The notes below the pieces were generated by a model. It saw only the letters and a list, made by a program, of their open reading frames with translations. It was not told the origin of the DNA and did no database searches. The position numbers and the translations under genes are program-made. DNA of 32,283 bases from an uncultured virus (IMG/VR IMGVR_UViG_2061766007_001450) (taxonomy: Duplodnaviria > Heunggongvirae > Uroviricota > Caudoviricetes): the IMG/VR virus record IMGVR_UViG_2061766007_001450. One strand, 5' to 3'. Shown one piece after another: positions 10,855 to 18,429 of this stretch. Within the stretch, counting starts at the first letter, position 1. Each line of letters begins with the position of its first letter.

Positions 10855-11745
10855 TTACATTCGCAAATATGCCTTTGCAGCGTCCCAATCAAAGATGCTG
10901 TTAGTCTGTTTTTTATGCAGCCTATTTTTTTCTTTATCGCCGCGAATGAATGTCCGCACCGTTGCAAACCAACCGCGCGCCGTGCGCATTGTGTTTGAAC
11001 TGTCAGACCAATCCGCCACGGCATTATAATAATACTCCATATCAAGTGTGGCGTATTCCTCGCCGCTGAATGTTTTAAAGAATGTTTCACGATTGGCGAC
11101 GGTGCTGTTTCTGAATAACGTTTTTTTGTTTGGACTTGCCTCATCGTTGAGGGGGGGCGCGGCGGAATTTGGGGGGGTGATTGTTTCGGCGTTTACGTTG
11201 ATAGGGTCGCCGGTGATTTCCTCAACATCAACGTTGATGATATTATCGGGGGTGGGTGTAGGCGGATTTTCAAAGCCGACTACATTATTATTATCTTTAT
11301 TTATATTATCATTTATATTATAATTCCCTGAACTTTTGTTCATTCCCCCCCTACATTTTTGTTCATAGTCCCCTGAACTTTTGTTCACGGTGGTGCTTTT
11401 TGCGCTCGGGGTGTTGGTTTCGAGTAGGGCGGCATTTACGCCAAATGTGTAAAAGGTTCGTCCCATCTCTGCGCACTTGCTGTATTTCTCCAAAATACCG
11501 GCATTGATTAGATTGTCAATTTTTTTGATGATACCTCTTTTTGTTGAAATATGCAGCAATGGCAACTCCTGCATAATTACGGCGTGTGCTATCCAATAAT
11601 AACATTTGCCGTTTTCATAGATTGTGATGCAATTTCCCGAAACGGCAAACGACTTGATAAAGTCATAAATGGCAAGGTCGCCAAAATCCAACTCGGGAGC
11701 AACCTTGACGGCTGCGGCTTGATTGACTGATACGATATATTTCAT
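10855..11745 (-). CDS. Putative replication initiator (N-terminal wHTH, Asn-rich linker, C-terminal domain)
   Basis: Start MKYIVSVNQ; wHTH-like segment (ISTKRGIIKKIDNLINAGILEK); internal direct repeats and AT-rich tract as in lambda O-type initiators. Confidence 0.7.
   Translation of the reverse strand: MKYIVSVNQAAAVKVAPELDFGDLAIYDFIKSFAVSGNCITIYENGKCYYWIAHAVIMQELPLLHISTKRGIIKKIDNLINAGILEKYSKCAEMGRTFYTFGVNAALLETNTPSAKSTTVNKSSGDYEQKCRGGMNKSSGNYNINDNINKDNNNVVGFENPPTPTPDNIINVDVEEITGDPINVNAETITPPNSAAPPLNDEASPNKKTLFRNSTVANRETFFKTFSGEEYATLDMEYYYNAVADWSDSSNTMRTARGWFATVRTFIRGDKEKNRLHKKQTNSIFDWDAAKAYLRM
11281..11387. repeat. Iteron-like repeats plus AT-rich tract (candidate origin)
   Basis: CCCTGAACTTTTGTTCA at 11326-42 and 11371-87, degenerate copy ending 11365; AT-rich 11281-11325. 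Confidence 0.6.
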
Positions 11746-11944
11746 AGCATCATAATTTAAAAAGCCACGCAAACACGCGCCGCGACGCACGTATTTTTGT
11801 GGCTCTTTTTGAATTGCAAAAGCAAAGTATTTTTGTCGGTCTCGGTCGCGGTCGATTCCGTTGTTATCTTCTGTGAAAAGACCGCCGCCGCAAAACCTCC
11901 ACCTGTCGGCATTGGCTAACGGTCTTATCCATCCTGAAACACTA

Positions 11945-11976
11945 CAAAGATAAGCAATTTTCTGAAATAGTGCAAG
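11945..11976 (-). promoter_or_regulatory. Sigma-A-type promoter for initiator leader
   Basis: CTTG-N20-TATCTTTG on minus strand. Confidence 0.6.
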
Positions 11977-11985
11977 TTAATAAAC

Positions 11986-12432
11986 TTAAAAAAGTGTTAA
12001 TTGCTTACACTTCCTATCAAATATTACCTTGTTGATTGCATCTTTGTATTTGGATTTCAAATTTTTACCTTTGAAATATTCCAACTGTGAGATAATCGCT
12101 TTATCTTCTGTTGGAAATGTCTCGCCATCGTACCAACAACCTGAACCGCCACCACCGCAACCATTTGAACCGACTTCGATATTGCAATAGTTGTAACCAA
12201 CAACCCAAAGACCGTCTTTGCGTTGTGCCGTCTTAATTTGCAACAAGTCATTGTAACTTACATTTAGCACATCAAGGACGTGAGGATTGCGGCAAACATC
12301 GTGGGCGTTCCACTGAAAGCCAAAGTACGTTGCCACTATTGCGTCGGAATATCTTGTGTCGTCGCAATACTTGTACCATTCATCGCTTGTATAATCTTTG
12401 TCAATGGCGGCACAATGATAAAATATGCCGTC
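11986..12432 (-). CDS. Hypothetical protein (start hidden in gap)
   Basis: Open frame ending KQLTLF, a clamp-binding-like or common phage C-terminus. Confidence 0.6.
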   Translation of the reverse strand, partial: DGIFYHCAAIDKDYTSDEWYKYCDDTRYSDAIVATYFGFQWNAHDVCRNPHVLDVLNVSYNDLLQIKTAQRKDGLWVVGYNYCNIEVGSNGCGGGGSGCWYDGETFPTEDKAIISQLEYFKGKNLKSKYKDAINKVIFDRKCKQLTLF

Positions 12433-12530
12433 NNNNNNNNNNNNNNNNNNNNNNNNNNNNNNNNNNNNNNNNNNNNNNAGGCGGAGCGGCTGTAAATACC
12501 GCCCCACCGTTGATTGTTAGTTAGTGTTGG

Positions 12531-13406
12531 TTAAAATGGCGCGGGCGCGTTGTTAGCGTCTGCCGTGGCTGATGCCGTCTTAGCATCCGCCAATTTTTTC
12601 TCCCAAACCGCAAATTTGGATTTCGGGTTTGACATCTTGACGGCGGTGAGTGTTTCCTCTGCTTTCTCCCAAAGTCCGGCGGAAACAAGTTCGCCAAACT
12701 CCGTGAAAGTCTTTTTAAGTGCCGATGCAACTTCAATCATTTTTGAAAAGTCGTAAGCCGGATATTTCGTCTGCAATTTCTTTACCTCTTCCGCTGCCTT
12801 TGCGAAGTCCACGCCCTCAATGTAGGCGTTAATCGCCCTGCGCTCTGCATCGGTCGGGGATGTCGGTTGCTGCGGTTGCTGATTGCGCGGTTGCGGCTGT
12901 CCCGACTGTTGCATCTTTGCATCAGGGTCTTCCTCTGTCTGCAAACCGAGTGCCAATCCAAGCAAGTAGCGCGTGGCGTAGGTGATGGTCGAGCCATCCG
13001 CTTTTATCGGCTCGGGGTTGCTTGCTCTCATAAAGGGGTAACAAATTGGCTCGCTCACTTCTCCCGTCGCCACATCTGTGAAGTGGATTGAGAAAATTCT
13101 GATACCCTGCGTCATCAACGAAATTGCCGCCTCTGACATTACGGGCGAAACCGTGTAGTCAATGCCTTCGTGGTCGAGTAGTGGCATAATGCGCTCCAAG
13201 ATTGACGGCAATGTTGCATACTTGACCGTCTTTGCAGGTGCGGTTTTTCCGCCCACTATGCTCGAACCATCTTTGCCAATCTTGCCGATGCTCGCCTTGA
13301 TGTGGAGCAACTTTGCAGCAAGTGTCATCGGCTTGCGCTCTGCGGTTACTGTCTGCGGCTGCTCCTCTACTTCGGGGGCTGTTACCTTTGCTGTCTGTTT
13401 TGCCAT
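12531..13406 (-). CDS. erf: ERF-family single-strand annealing protein
   Basis: KYATLPSIL and GSTITYATRYLLGLALGLQTEEDPDA match the ERF signature, followed by a Gln/Pro linker. Confidence 0.85.
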   Translation of the reverse strand: MAKQTAKVTAPEVEEQPQTVTAERKPMTLAAKLLHIKASIGKIGKDGSSIVGGKTAPAKTVKYATLPSILERIMPLLDHEGIDYTVSPVMSEAAISLMTQGIRIFSIHFTDVATGEVSEPICYPFMRASNPEPIKADGSTITYATRYLLGLALGLQTEEDPDAKMQQSGQPQPRNQQPQQPTSPTDAERRAINAYIEGVDFAKAAEEVKKLQTKYPAYDFSKMIEVASALKKTFTEFGELVSAGLWEKAEETLTAVKMSNPKSKFAVWEKKLADAKTASATADANNAPAPF

Positions 13407-13420
13407 TTTCTTTGTGTTAT

Positions 13421-13651
13421 TTAGATTAATACTACTTGTTTAATTTCGCTTTCGTCGTAATTGTCGATTTTGTCATCATCAATTACTTTGCACGTGCGGT
13501 GATAGTCCGAGTTGGTGACGTTGGCAATATCAACATCGCGAATGCCGTTTGCCAATAACGTTCCCCAATAGTCGCCACTTTGGGCGGCTGTCTTTACTTC
13601 CATATCGCCGTCAAATTGGCGGAGTTTTTCAATTAATTCTGATACTGTCAT
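13421..13651 (-). CDS. Hypothetical phage protein
   Basis: MTVSELIEKLRQFDGDMEV is a common phage small-protein N-terminus; shared leader. Confidence 0.75.
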   Translation of the reverse strand: MTVSELIEKLRQFDGDMEVKTAAQSGDYWGTLLANGIRDVDIANVTNSDYHRTCKVIDDDKIDNYDESEIKQVVLI

Positions 13652-13699
13652 TTTCTTTGTGTTTTGTGGCGGCTTGATGCTATCGCGCCGCCGTGGTTA

Positions 13700-13951
13700 T
13701 TAATGTATTCTGCAAATTACGCTTGAAACTGTTTCGTTGTCATCGGGAGCGATTTTGAAAAACTCCTCGGCGGGCATTTCGATTGACCTTTTGTAATTCT
13801 CTCCTTTGAAGTCAATCGCAAACGATGTCCTCAATCGCGTGAATGTTACATAGTCGCTGCCAAATTTGACGGTCTTTGATGCTAAGTTGCAAACCAACTT
13901 GCGGAGCAACTGCTTGACCGATACCTGATATGCTGCACTGAATTTTGCCAT
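13700..13951 (-). CDS. Hypothetical protein
   Basis: Shared ACACAAAGAAA leader; first gene after a promoter. Confidence 0.7.
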   Translation of the reverse strand: MAKFSAAYQVSVKQLLRKLVCNLASKTVKFGSDYVTFTRLRTSFAIDFKGENYKRSIEMPAEEFFKIAPDDNETVSSVICRIH

Positions 13952-13996
13952 TTTCTTTGTGTGTTAAGTGTTCAACTTTTGTTTTTTATTACGTTA

Positions 13997-14051
13997 CAAA
14001 TTTACATATAATTTTTGTAGTGTGCAAATTTTTTATGTTAAAGAACGTTAA
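13997..14051 (-). promoter_or_regulatory. Sigma-A promoter with TTAAC-N5-TTAAC
   Basis: TTTG (14025-28) -N20- TAAATTTG (13997-14004); repeat at 14037-14051. Confidence 0.8.
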
Positions 14052-14066
14052 CAACACAAAGTTTTT

Positions 14067-14363
14067 TTATCTGAAATTATTTGTAACCCACGCCAACATT
14101 TTGATTGTCATCGGGCGCGTTGATGCTGTTTTGCGTTTTGCAATGTCCTCGACCATTTCAAGGTCAGATTCGGGGATACGTGTGTATATTAGATATTCGT
14201 TTTTGGGTCGGCGACTTATCCAACATACATCAGCGACTTTAATATGATAAAAATAATGGGTGCGAGTTTCCCAAATACCCACCTTTATATCAAAGTCCTC
14301 GTTTTCAACGTCTCTGATTTTCTTTGCCGATTGCGGTAATGTTATTTTTCTGTATTGTGGCAT
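14067..14363 (-). CDS. Hypothetical protein
   Basis: 98-aa ORF in operon. Confidence 0.65.
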   Translation of the reverse strand: MPQYRKITLPQSAKKIRDVENEDFDIKVGIWETRTHYFYHIKVADVCWISRRPKNEYLIYTRIPESDLEMVEDIAKRKTASTRPMTIKMLAWVTNNFR

Positions 14364-14374
14364 TTTTGTTTTGT

Positions 14375-14689
14375 TTATTCGTTTAACAAAAAGTATTGAG
14401 GATAAAAATTGCGAGGCTCTCCTCTGTATATAATCATTGCGCCACGGCGGTTTTTTAAGACGTGGATGCCGTCTTTATCCACAAAATTTTTCGGGCAATC
14501 TCCCCCATTTATATAGGGGTTACCCTCTCTGTATGTAGGGTGATAGACAATGCGGGTAAGTATTACCCATAATTGTGCTTTTTGCCATTTGGTTTTTAGT
14601 ATTATGGGTTGCTCATTGATGATGTCGGCAACGCTTTTGCCCTTGTCCGATACCCACCCTTTTTGTGAACCGCACCAATATTCTGCCAT
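14375..14689 (-). CDS. Hypothetical protein
   Basis: 104-aa ORF with shared leader. Confidence 0.7.
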   Translation of the reverse strand: MAEYWCGSQKGWVSDKGKSVADIINEQPIILKTKWQKAQLWVILTRIVYHPTYREGNPYINGGDCPKNFVDKDGIHVLKNRRGAMIIYRGEPRNFYPQYFLLNE

Positions 14690-14781
14690 TTTCTTTGTGT
14701 GTTAATTGGTTATTGAATAGGGCGGCGGTGTTGATGCTGCCGCCCGTTTTTCTTACCGATTTTGTGTGTGTTCGCCGTAAC

Positions 14782-15258
14782 CTACAATGATTGCAGGTCG
14801 TGGCGTATTTCTGCCACCCTCGTGGCGGTCTTTGATGTAGTATTGACTACCACCATACCACGAGGCGTTTTTGAACCATACGGGGTAGACCTTTCTACGT
14901 TGCTCATTCTGACATATTCCGCAACTATTGTCCTTATATCAAATTGCGCATTGTGTGCGCAAAGTGCCGTTGATGCTTTTACATCTGCAAAGAATTGCAT
15001 AAACGCATCGTGATACGGCACACCCTCGGCGATTGCGCGGTCAGTGGTGATGCCGTGGACGGCTGCGGCTGCATCGGGAATTGTAAAGCCGTCGGGCTTG
15101 ATTATGAAGTCGCCCTCTTTGTCACCGAGTTTCCACGATAACTGTACCACGTGGGGGAAGTCGCCAAAATATACCAACGGCTCTTCCTTGCCCCTTGGTA
15201 TTACGCCGGTTGTTTCGGTGTCAAAAAATATAATATTCTCGTCGTTATTCATTTTCAT
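14782..15258 (-). pseudogene. DEDD 3'-5' exonuclease (DnaQ-like), apparently truncated
   Basis: ExoI IFFDTETTG, VHGIT and ExoII AHNAQFD present; no ExoIII (H-x-A-x-x-D) before the stop. Start position uncertain. Confidence 0.65.
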
Positions 15259-15715
15259 TGCTAAGTTGGTATTTTTTACCGTCAACAATCAGTGAGTTAT
15301 CGGCGGCGGTGTACTTGATGTTGAATGGAGTTAATACGCCTTTGTTGTTTAGCATCGTTTCTGATGTTGTTGTAAGTTCGTACTCGATGCCATCGCCACG
15401 CTCCATCAAAAATTTTATCATATCTTCCCTGCAACGGAAAAACTTTTTGAAGTCGGGCGCGGTCAGTCTGAATGGAAACACGAAATTTGGAATAAGCATT
15501 GGAGTTTTTGATACTTCCAATTTTTGGAGCGAACTGCGATAAAATACAAGTTGAATTTTGTATTTATCTCCATCCTCTGTGTATGCCGTGAAAGAAGCGC
15601 CACGGAGGACTTTTCCCGCCGCAATTTTCGCGTAACATTCCGCAATCACAGTTGAAATTAATTCGCTTTCACTCTGCGGTTTTGCGGCTGCTAATTCCAA
15701 AATCAGTATTTCCAT
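15245..15715 (-). CDS. Hypothetical protein (156 aa)
   Basis: Clean ORF in operon. Confidence 0.7.
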   Translation of the reverse strand: MEILILELAAAKPQSESELISTVIAECYAKIAAGKVLRGASFTAYTEDGDKYKIQLVFYRSSLQKLEVSKTPMLIPNFVFPFRLTAPDFKKFFRCREDMIKFLMERGDGIEYELTTTSETMLNNKGVLTPFNIKYTAADNSLIVDGKKYQLSNENE

Positions 15716-15717
15716 AA

Positions 15718-15975
15718 TTAAGCCGTTTTAACTGTTTCACGTGCAACATCGCCGTTCCACTCCAATATGTCGTTGGGGGTAACGCCGAGGATTGACGCAA
15801 TAATGTTGATGTTGTTTGGTGCGATGCGTGTTGTCCTGCCGGTCATAATGTTTTGCAGGTTTATACACCTCTGTAAAGCGGTGGCTTTCGGCCACAAGGC
15901 TTCACCGATTTTTTCACGTGCCGCCATTTCCTTTTCACGCGGCATTGATTTAAGTATTTCTTTAATTCGTTTCAT
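15718..15975 (-). CDS. XRE/Cro-like HTH regulator
   Basis: 85 aa with IASILGVTPNDIL XRE-type C-terminal helices; first gene after a promoter; parS-like TGTTTCACGTGCAACA at 15733-15748 in its 3' end. Confidence 0.7.
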   Translation of the reverse strand: MKRIKEILKSMPREKEMAAREKIGEALWPKATALQRCINLQNIMTGRTTRIAPNNINIIASILGVTPNDILEWNGDVARETVKTA

Positions 15976-16009
15976 TTGCTATTGATTTTGATGTTTTATT
16001 TTAACGCCA

Positions 16010-16064
16010 CAAATTTACATATAATTTTATTATTATGCAAATTTGTAGCGTTAATTTTTGTTAA
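16010..16064 (-). promoter_or_regulatory. Sigma-A promoter with TTAAC-N5-TTAAC
   Basis: TTTG (16038-41) -N20- TAAATTTG (16010-17); repeat at 16050-16064. Confidence 0.8.
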
Positions 16065-16240
16065 TCGTTGTCGGATTGTTTTTTAAGTCCATAGACACCG
16101 ACGGCGGCGATTATCAGACCGCCAAACAGTCCATACGTCCACCACTGCAATGTTGATGCGGGTTCGTGGCTCGGGACGAGATGGGTGGCGCACGCAATAG
16201 CGATTGCCACGCCTACGATGATTACTAATAAGTTTTTCAT
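16061..16240 (-). CDS. 59-aa membrane protein (not in ORF track)
   Basis: Manual translation MKNLLVIIVGVAIAIACATHLVPSHEPASTLQWWTYGLFGGLIIAAVGVYGLKKQSDND; two hydrophobic segments; fills the gap in the operon. Confidence 0.75.
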   Translation of the reverse strand: MKNLLVIIVGVAIAIACATHLVPSHEPASTLQWWTYGLFGGLIIAAVGVYGLKKQSDND

Positions 16241-16262
16241 TTTGATACGTTTTATGTGAACA

Positions 16263-16562
16263 TTAAAAAGGGATTGTGGTAATCTCCATAACGGCTTTTT
16301 TCGATGCCGTATAGATTACGATTGTGGCGATATTACCGAGGGCGATATTTTCCCACATCTTAATAACGATGCCATCATTAAATACGCTCAGGACAATATG
16401 CACATCATCAATGAAGTAGTCGGCTATCGTTTCGCCGTCTTGGGTGATGTACTGTTTTTGCTTCACCTCGTCTATTATCGTAGTGTCAAGCAAAATTTTT
16501 TCGTAGTCTTCCGCCTTGCCTGAATGAAGCGCGGAAACAAGATTTTGAACCAAGTTTTCCAT
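16263..16562 (-). CDS. Hypothetical protein (start MENLVQNL)
   Basis: Internal ATG after the intergenic hairpin is more plausible than the ORF-track start, which overlaps the upstream gene. Confidence 0.65.
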   Translation of the reverse strand: MENLVQNLVSALHSGKAEDYEKILLDTTIIDEVKQKQYITQDGETIADYFIDDVHIVLSVFNDGIVIKMWENIALGNIATIVIYTASKKAVMEITTIPF

Positions 16563-16611
16563 AATTCGTTGATTTTGTGGGCGGCGGTGTTGATGCCGTC
16601 GCCCGTGTTGA

Positions 16612-16920
16612 TTAATCGAGTAACTTGCCGAAATTCTCAAAAGAAATTTCGTGACAATCGCAAATGCCACAATCAAGATGATGCTTGTTAGTGTCACGAA
16701 TTTCACGCGCCAACCTTGCGCAATTTTTTGTGGTAAAAACTCGCGTTGCTGCGTATGGTGATTTCTCGGGTGTTACTCCATTGATTTGGAAACGGATATA
16801 ACCGTGGTTGGTGTCGCAAATGTGAAATATCACCTTTTCAATGTCGTACTCCTCGTAGAAAGGAATTACATCAAATATGCGAAGATTGCCGAAGTCGATT
16901 GTGTTAGTGTTTGCTTTCAT
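16612..16920 (-). CDS. Hypothetical protein with C-terminal CxxCxC
   Basis: 102-aa first gene of the early region, with a variant of the shared leader. Confidence 0.7.
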   Translation of the reverse strand: MKANTNTIDFGNLRIFDVIPFYEEYDIEKVIFHICDTNHGYIRFQINGVTPEKSPYAATRVFTTKNCARLAREIRDTNKHHLDCGICDCHEISFENFGKLLD

Positions 16921-16964
16921 TTTCTTGTGCTTATTGGTTAGTATTTCGTTTAACTTTGATGCTA

Positions 16965-17019
16965 CAAAATTACATTAAATTTCTGTATAGTGCAAATTTT
17001 TATAGTTAAGATTTGTTAA
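16965..17019 (-). promoter_or_regulatory. Sigma-A promoter with TTAAC-N5-TTAAC
   Basis: TTTG (16993-96) -N20- TAATTTTG (16965-72); repeat at 17005-17019. Confidence 0.8.
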
Positions 17020-17067
17020 AATATTTAATATTTTTGATTGTAGGGTGTTAAATGCCTGAAAATCAAC

Positions 17068-17102
17068 AAAATAAAAATACCCTACAAAGGGCGATTGTAG
17101 GG
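17068..17102 (-). terminator. Possible terminator after the leftward tail-tube paralog
   Basis: CCCTACAA/TTGTAGGG 8-bp stem with T-rich tail on the minus strand. Confidence 0.45.
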
Positions 17103-17171
17103 CGATTGTATGGTGCTATATTTCAAATTAGCAACAAAAAAGACAGCACCATAAAATTATGNNNNNNNNNN

Positions 17172-18239
17172 TGTGCCGTTGCCGCCGACAAGCGAGGTGC
17201 AGCCGTAAAACATAGCGGAACCCTTCGGAAGCGGAACCCAGTCGTTGTAAGTGTAGATGGTACGAAGATTGCGGCATTCATAGAAAAAGTAGTCAATATA
17301 TTCGACTTCCGAAACGTCGAAATTATGAAATTCAATTCTTTCACACCCGTAATTATTGAAAAGATACATACTATTTTTTGGCGCGCAAATAATGTTGTCG
17401 CTAACAATTTTGTAATATCCATAGCCGTTAACATCTCTCCAAATAGAAATTGTACGCAAGTCATCAGCGTAGCCAATTTGTTCAAATCCTGACAAATGTG
17501 CGACATTATAACCTTTGTAAAAGGAAATAAATACGGCGGTTGTCGGAACTGTCGCATGAAAAGCAAAAGTGCTTAACGTGGATTTTTGGGGCGATGGTGA
17601 TGCTCCCGCGCAGAAGTCAGTCAAGGGGTTGAACGTTTCCAAAACGAAAATGTGCAAATCGTCGGAATAGTTATTGAAAAACGACCATTGAATTACGTTG
17701 CTATCAGGTGCATCAATACCACCGTGTACTTTGTCACCAACAAAAAGCGACTTGATGGGTATTGGATAGGCGTTGCCGTCCTCATCAACAATACATTCCA
17801 CATTGCCATATTGGTCGAACAAATAAACGCCTAAACTTCCCTCGCACTGCATTTGTTTCAATGCGGAAACTACCGACTGCGGGAGATTACGCACACTCGC
17901 GGTAAATGAGGAAGGCTCGCGCCCGATTATCTCCTCTGCACCTCCGAGACCGTCGTTTCCGCCGCCAAAGGTTCGGGGCGCACCGGTCTCCTGCGTGGGG
18001 GAGTAGATGTAGGGGGATATTACGATTTTTGTGCTGTCGGCGGCTGTCATAGCCGACTGCCAGTTTGCTAAATCGGTGATTGTGTCAGTGCTGCCCGATT
18101 TCGGAAAACCGTTTTTCGTTCCATCATCGGCTCTCAATCTTTGAAAGGCTATTTTCTGAATTTGTCCAAAACGCTCAGGGCATTTCACACACGGAATGTC
18201 GGAAAGTGCCGTCGGCGATGGACAAGGACAAGTTAACAT
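17172..18239 (-). CDS. Tail-tube-like protein fused to a short DUF285/BspA-like domain (3' end in gap)
   Basis: Start MLTCPCP; FGQIQKIAFQRL, PRTFGGGN and LFVGDKVHGG motifs recalled from B40-8-type major structural/tail protein; C-terminus has one 26-aa repeat and a CTSLVGGNGT cap. Confidence 0.7.
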
Positions 18240-18246
18240 ATTTTTT

Positions 18247-18356
18247 TGTTTTACGTGAAACATATTTTTACGGCGGCAATTTATAATTTATTTTTCAAAT
18301 ATCAAAATTAATTTTTATATTTTTGCTCAAAATTAATTTTTTTTTCACGTGAAACA
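18247..18356. promoter_or_regulatory. parS: Divergent control region with two parS-like sites (18247-62 and 18341-56, both 15/16)
   Basis: TGTTTTACGTGAAACA and TTTTTCACGTGAAACA flank an AT-rich spacer; TAnnTTTG elements at 18303-10 (minus) and 18361-68 (plus). Confidence 0.75.
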
Positions 18357-18429
18357 TTATTATTTTTGCGGCAAGGTCGGCAAATGGTGTGCCGCTGTAA
18401 AACAAACGTTTAACTAAAAATTTATTACC

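Noticed and set aside
11329..11387. GAAC-N4-GTTC as LexA (Cheo) boxes
   Set aside because: They are intragenic, periodically spaced and the inferred host is Bacteroidota; iterons are more parsimonious.
14700..14784. TAG read-through or recoding to complete the exonuclease
   Set aside because: Read-through runs into the intergenic hairpin with no ExoIII motif, and TAG ends other genes normally (1025, 2437).
16248..16262. Degenerate parS-like CGTTTTATGTGAACA and half-sites (e.g. near 11082 and 15910)
   Set aside because: Too many mismatches or an indel; not counted, although the 16248 position at a gene junction hints at a decayed site.
18240..18263. ORF-track extensions containing MFHVKQ/FHVKQ (also 1077 and 32273 starts)
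   Set aside because: These peptides are translations of the parS palindrome; downstream ATGs (18239, 1128, 32225) fit the paralog/allele starts better.
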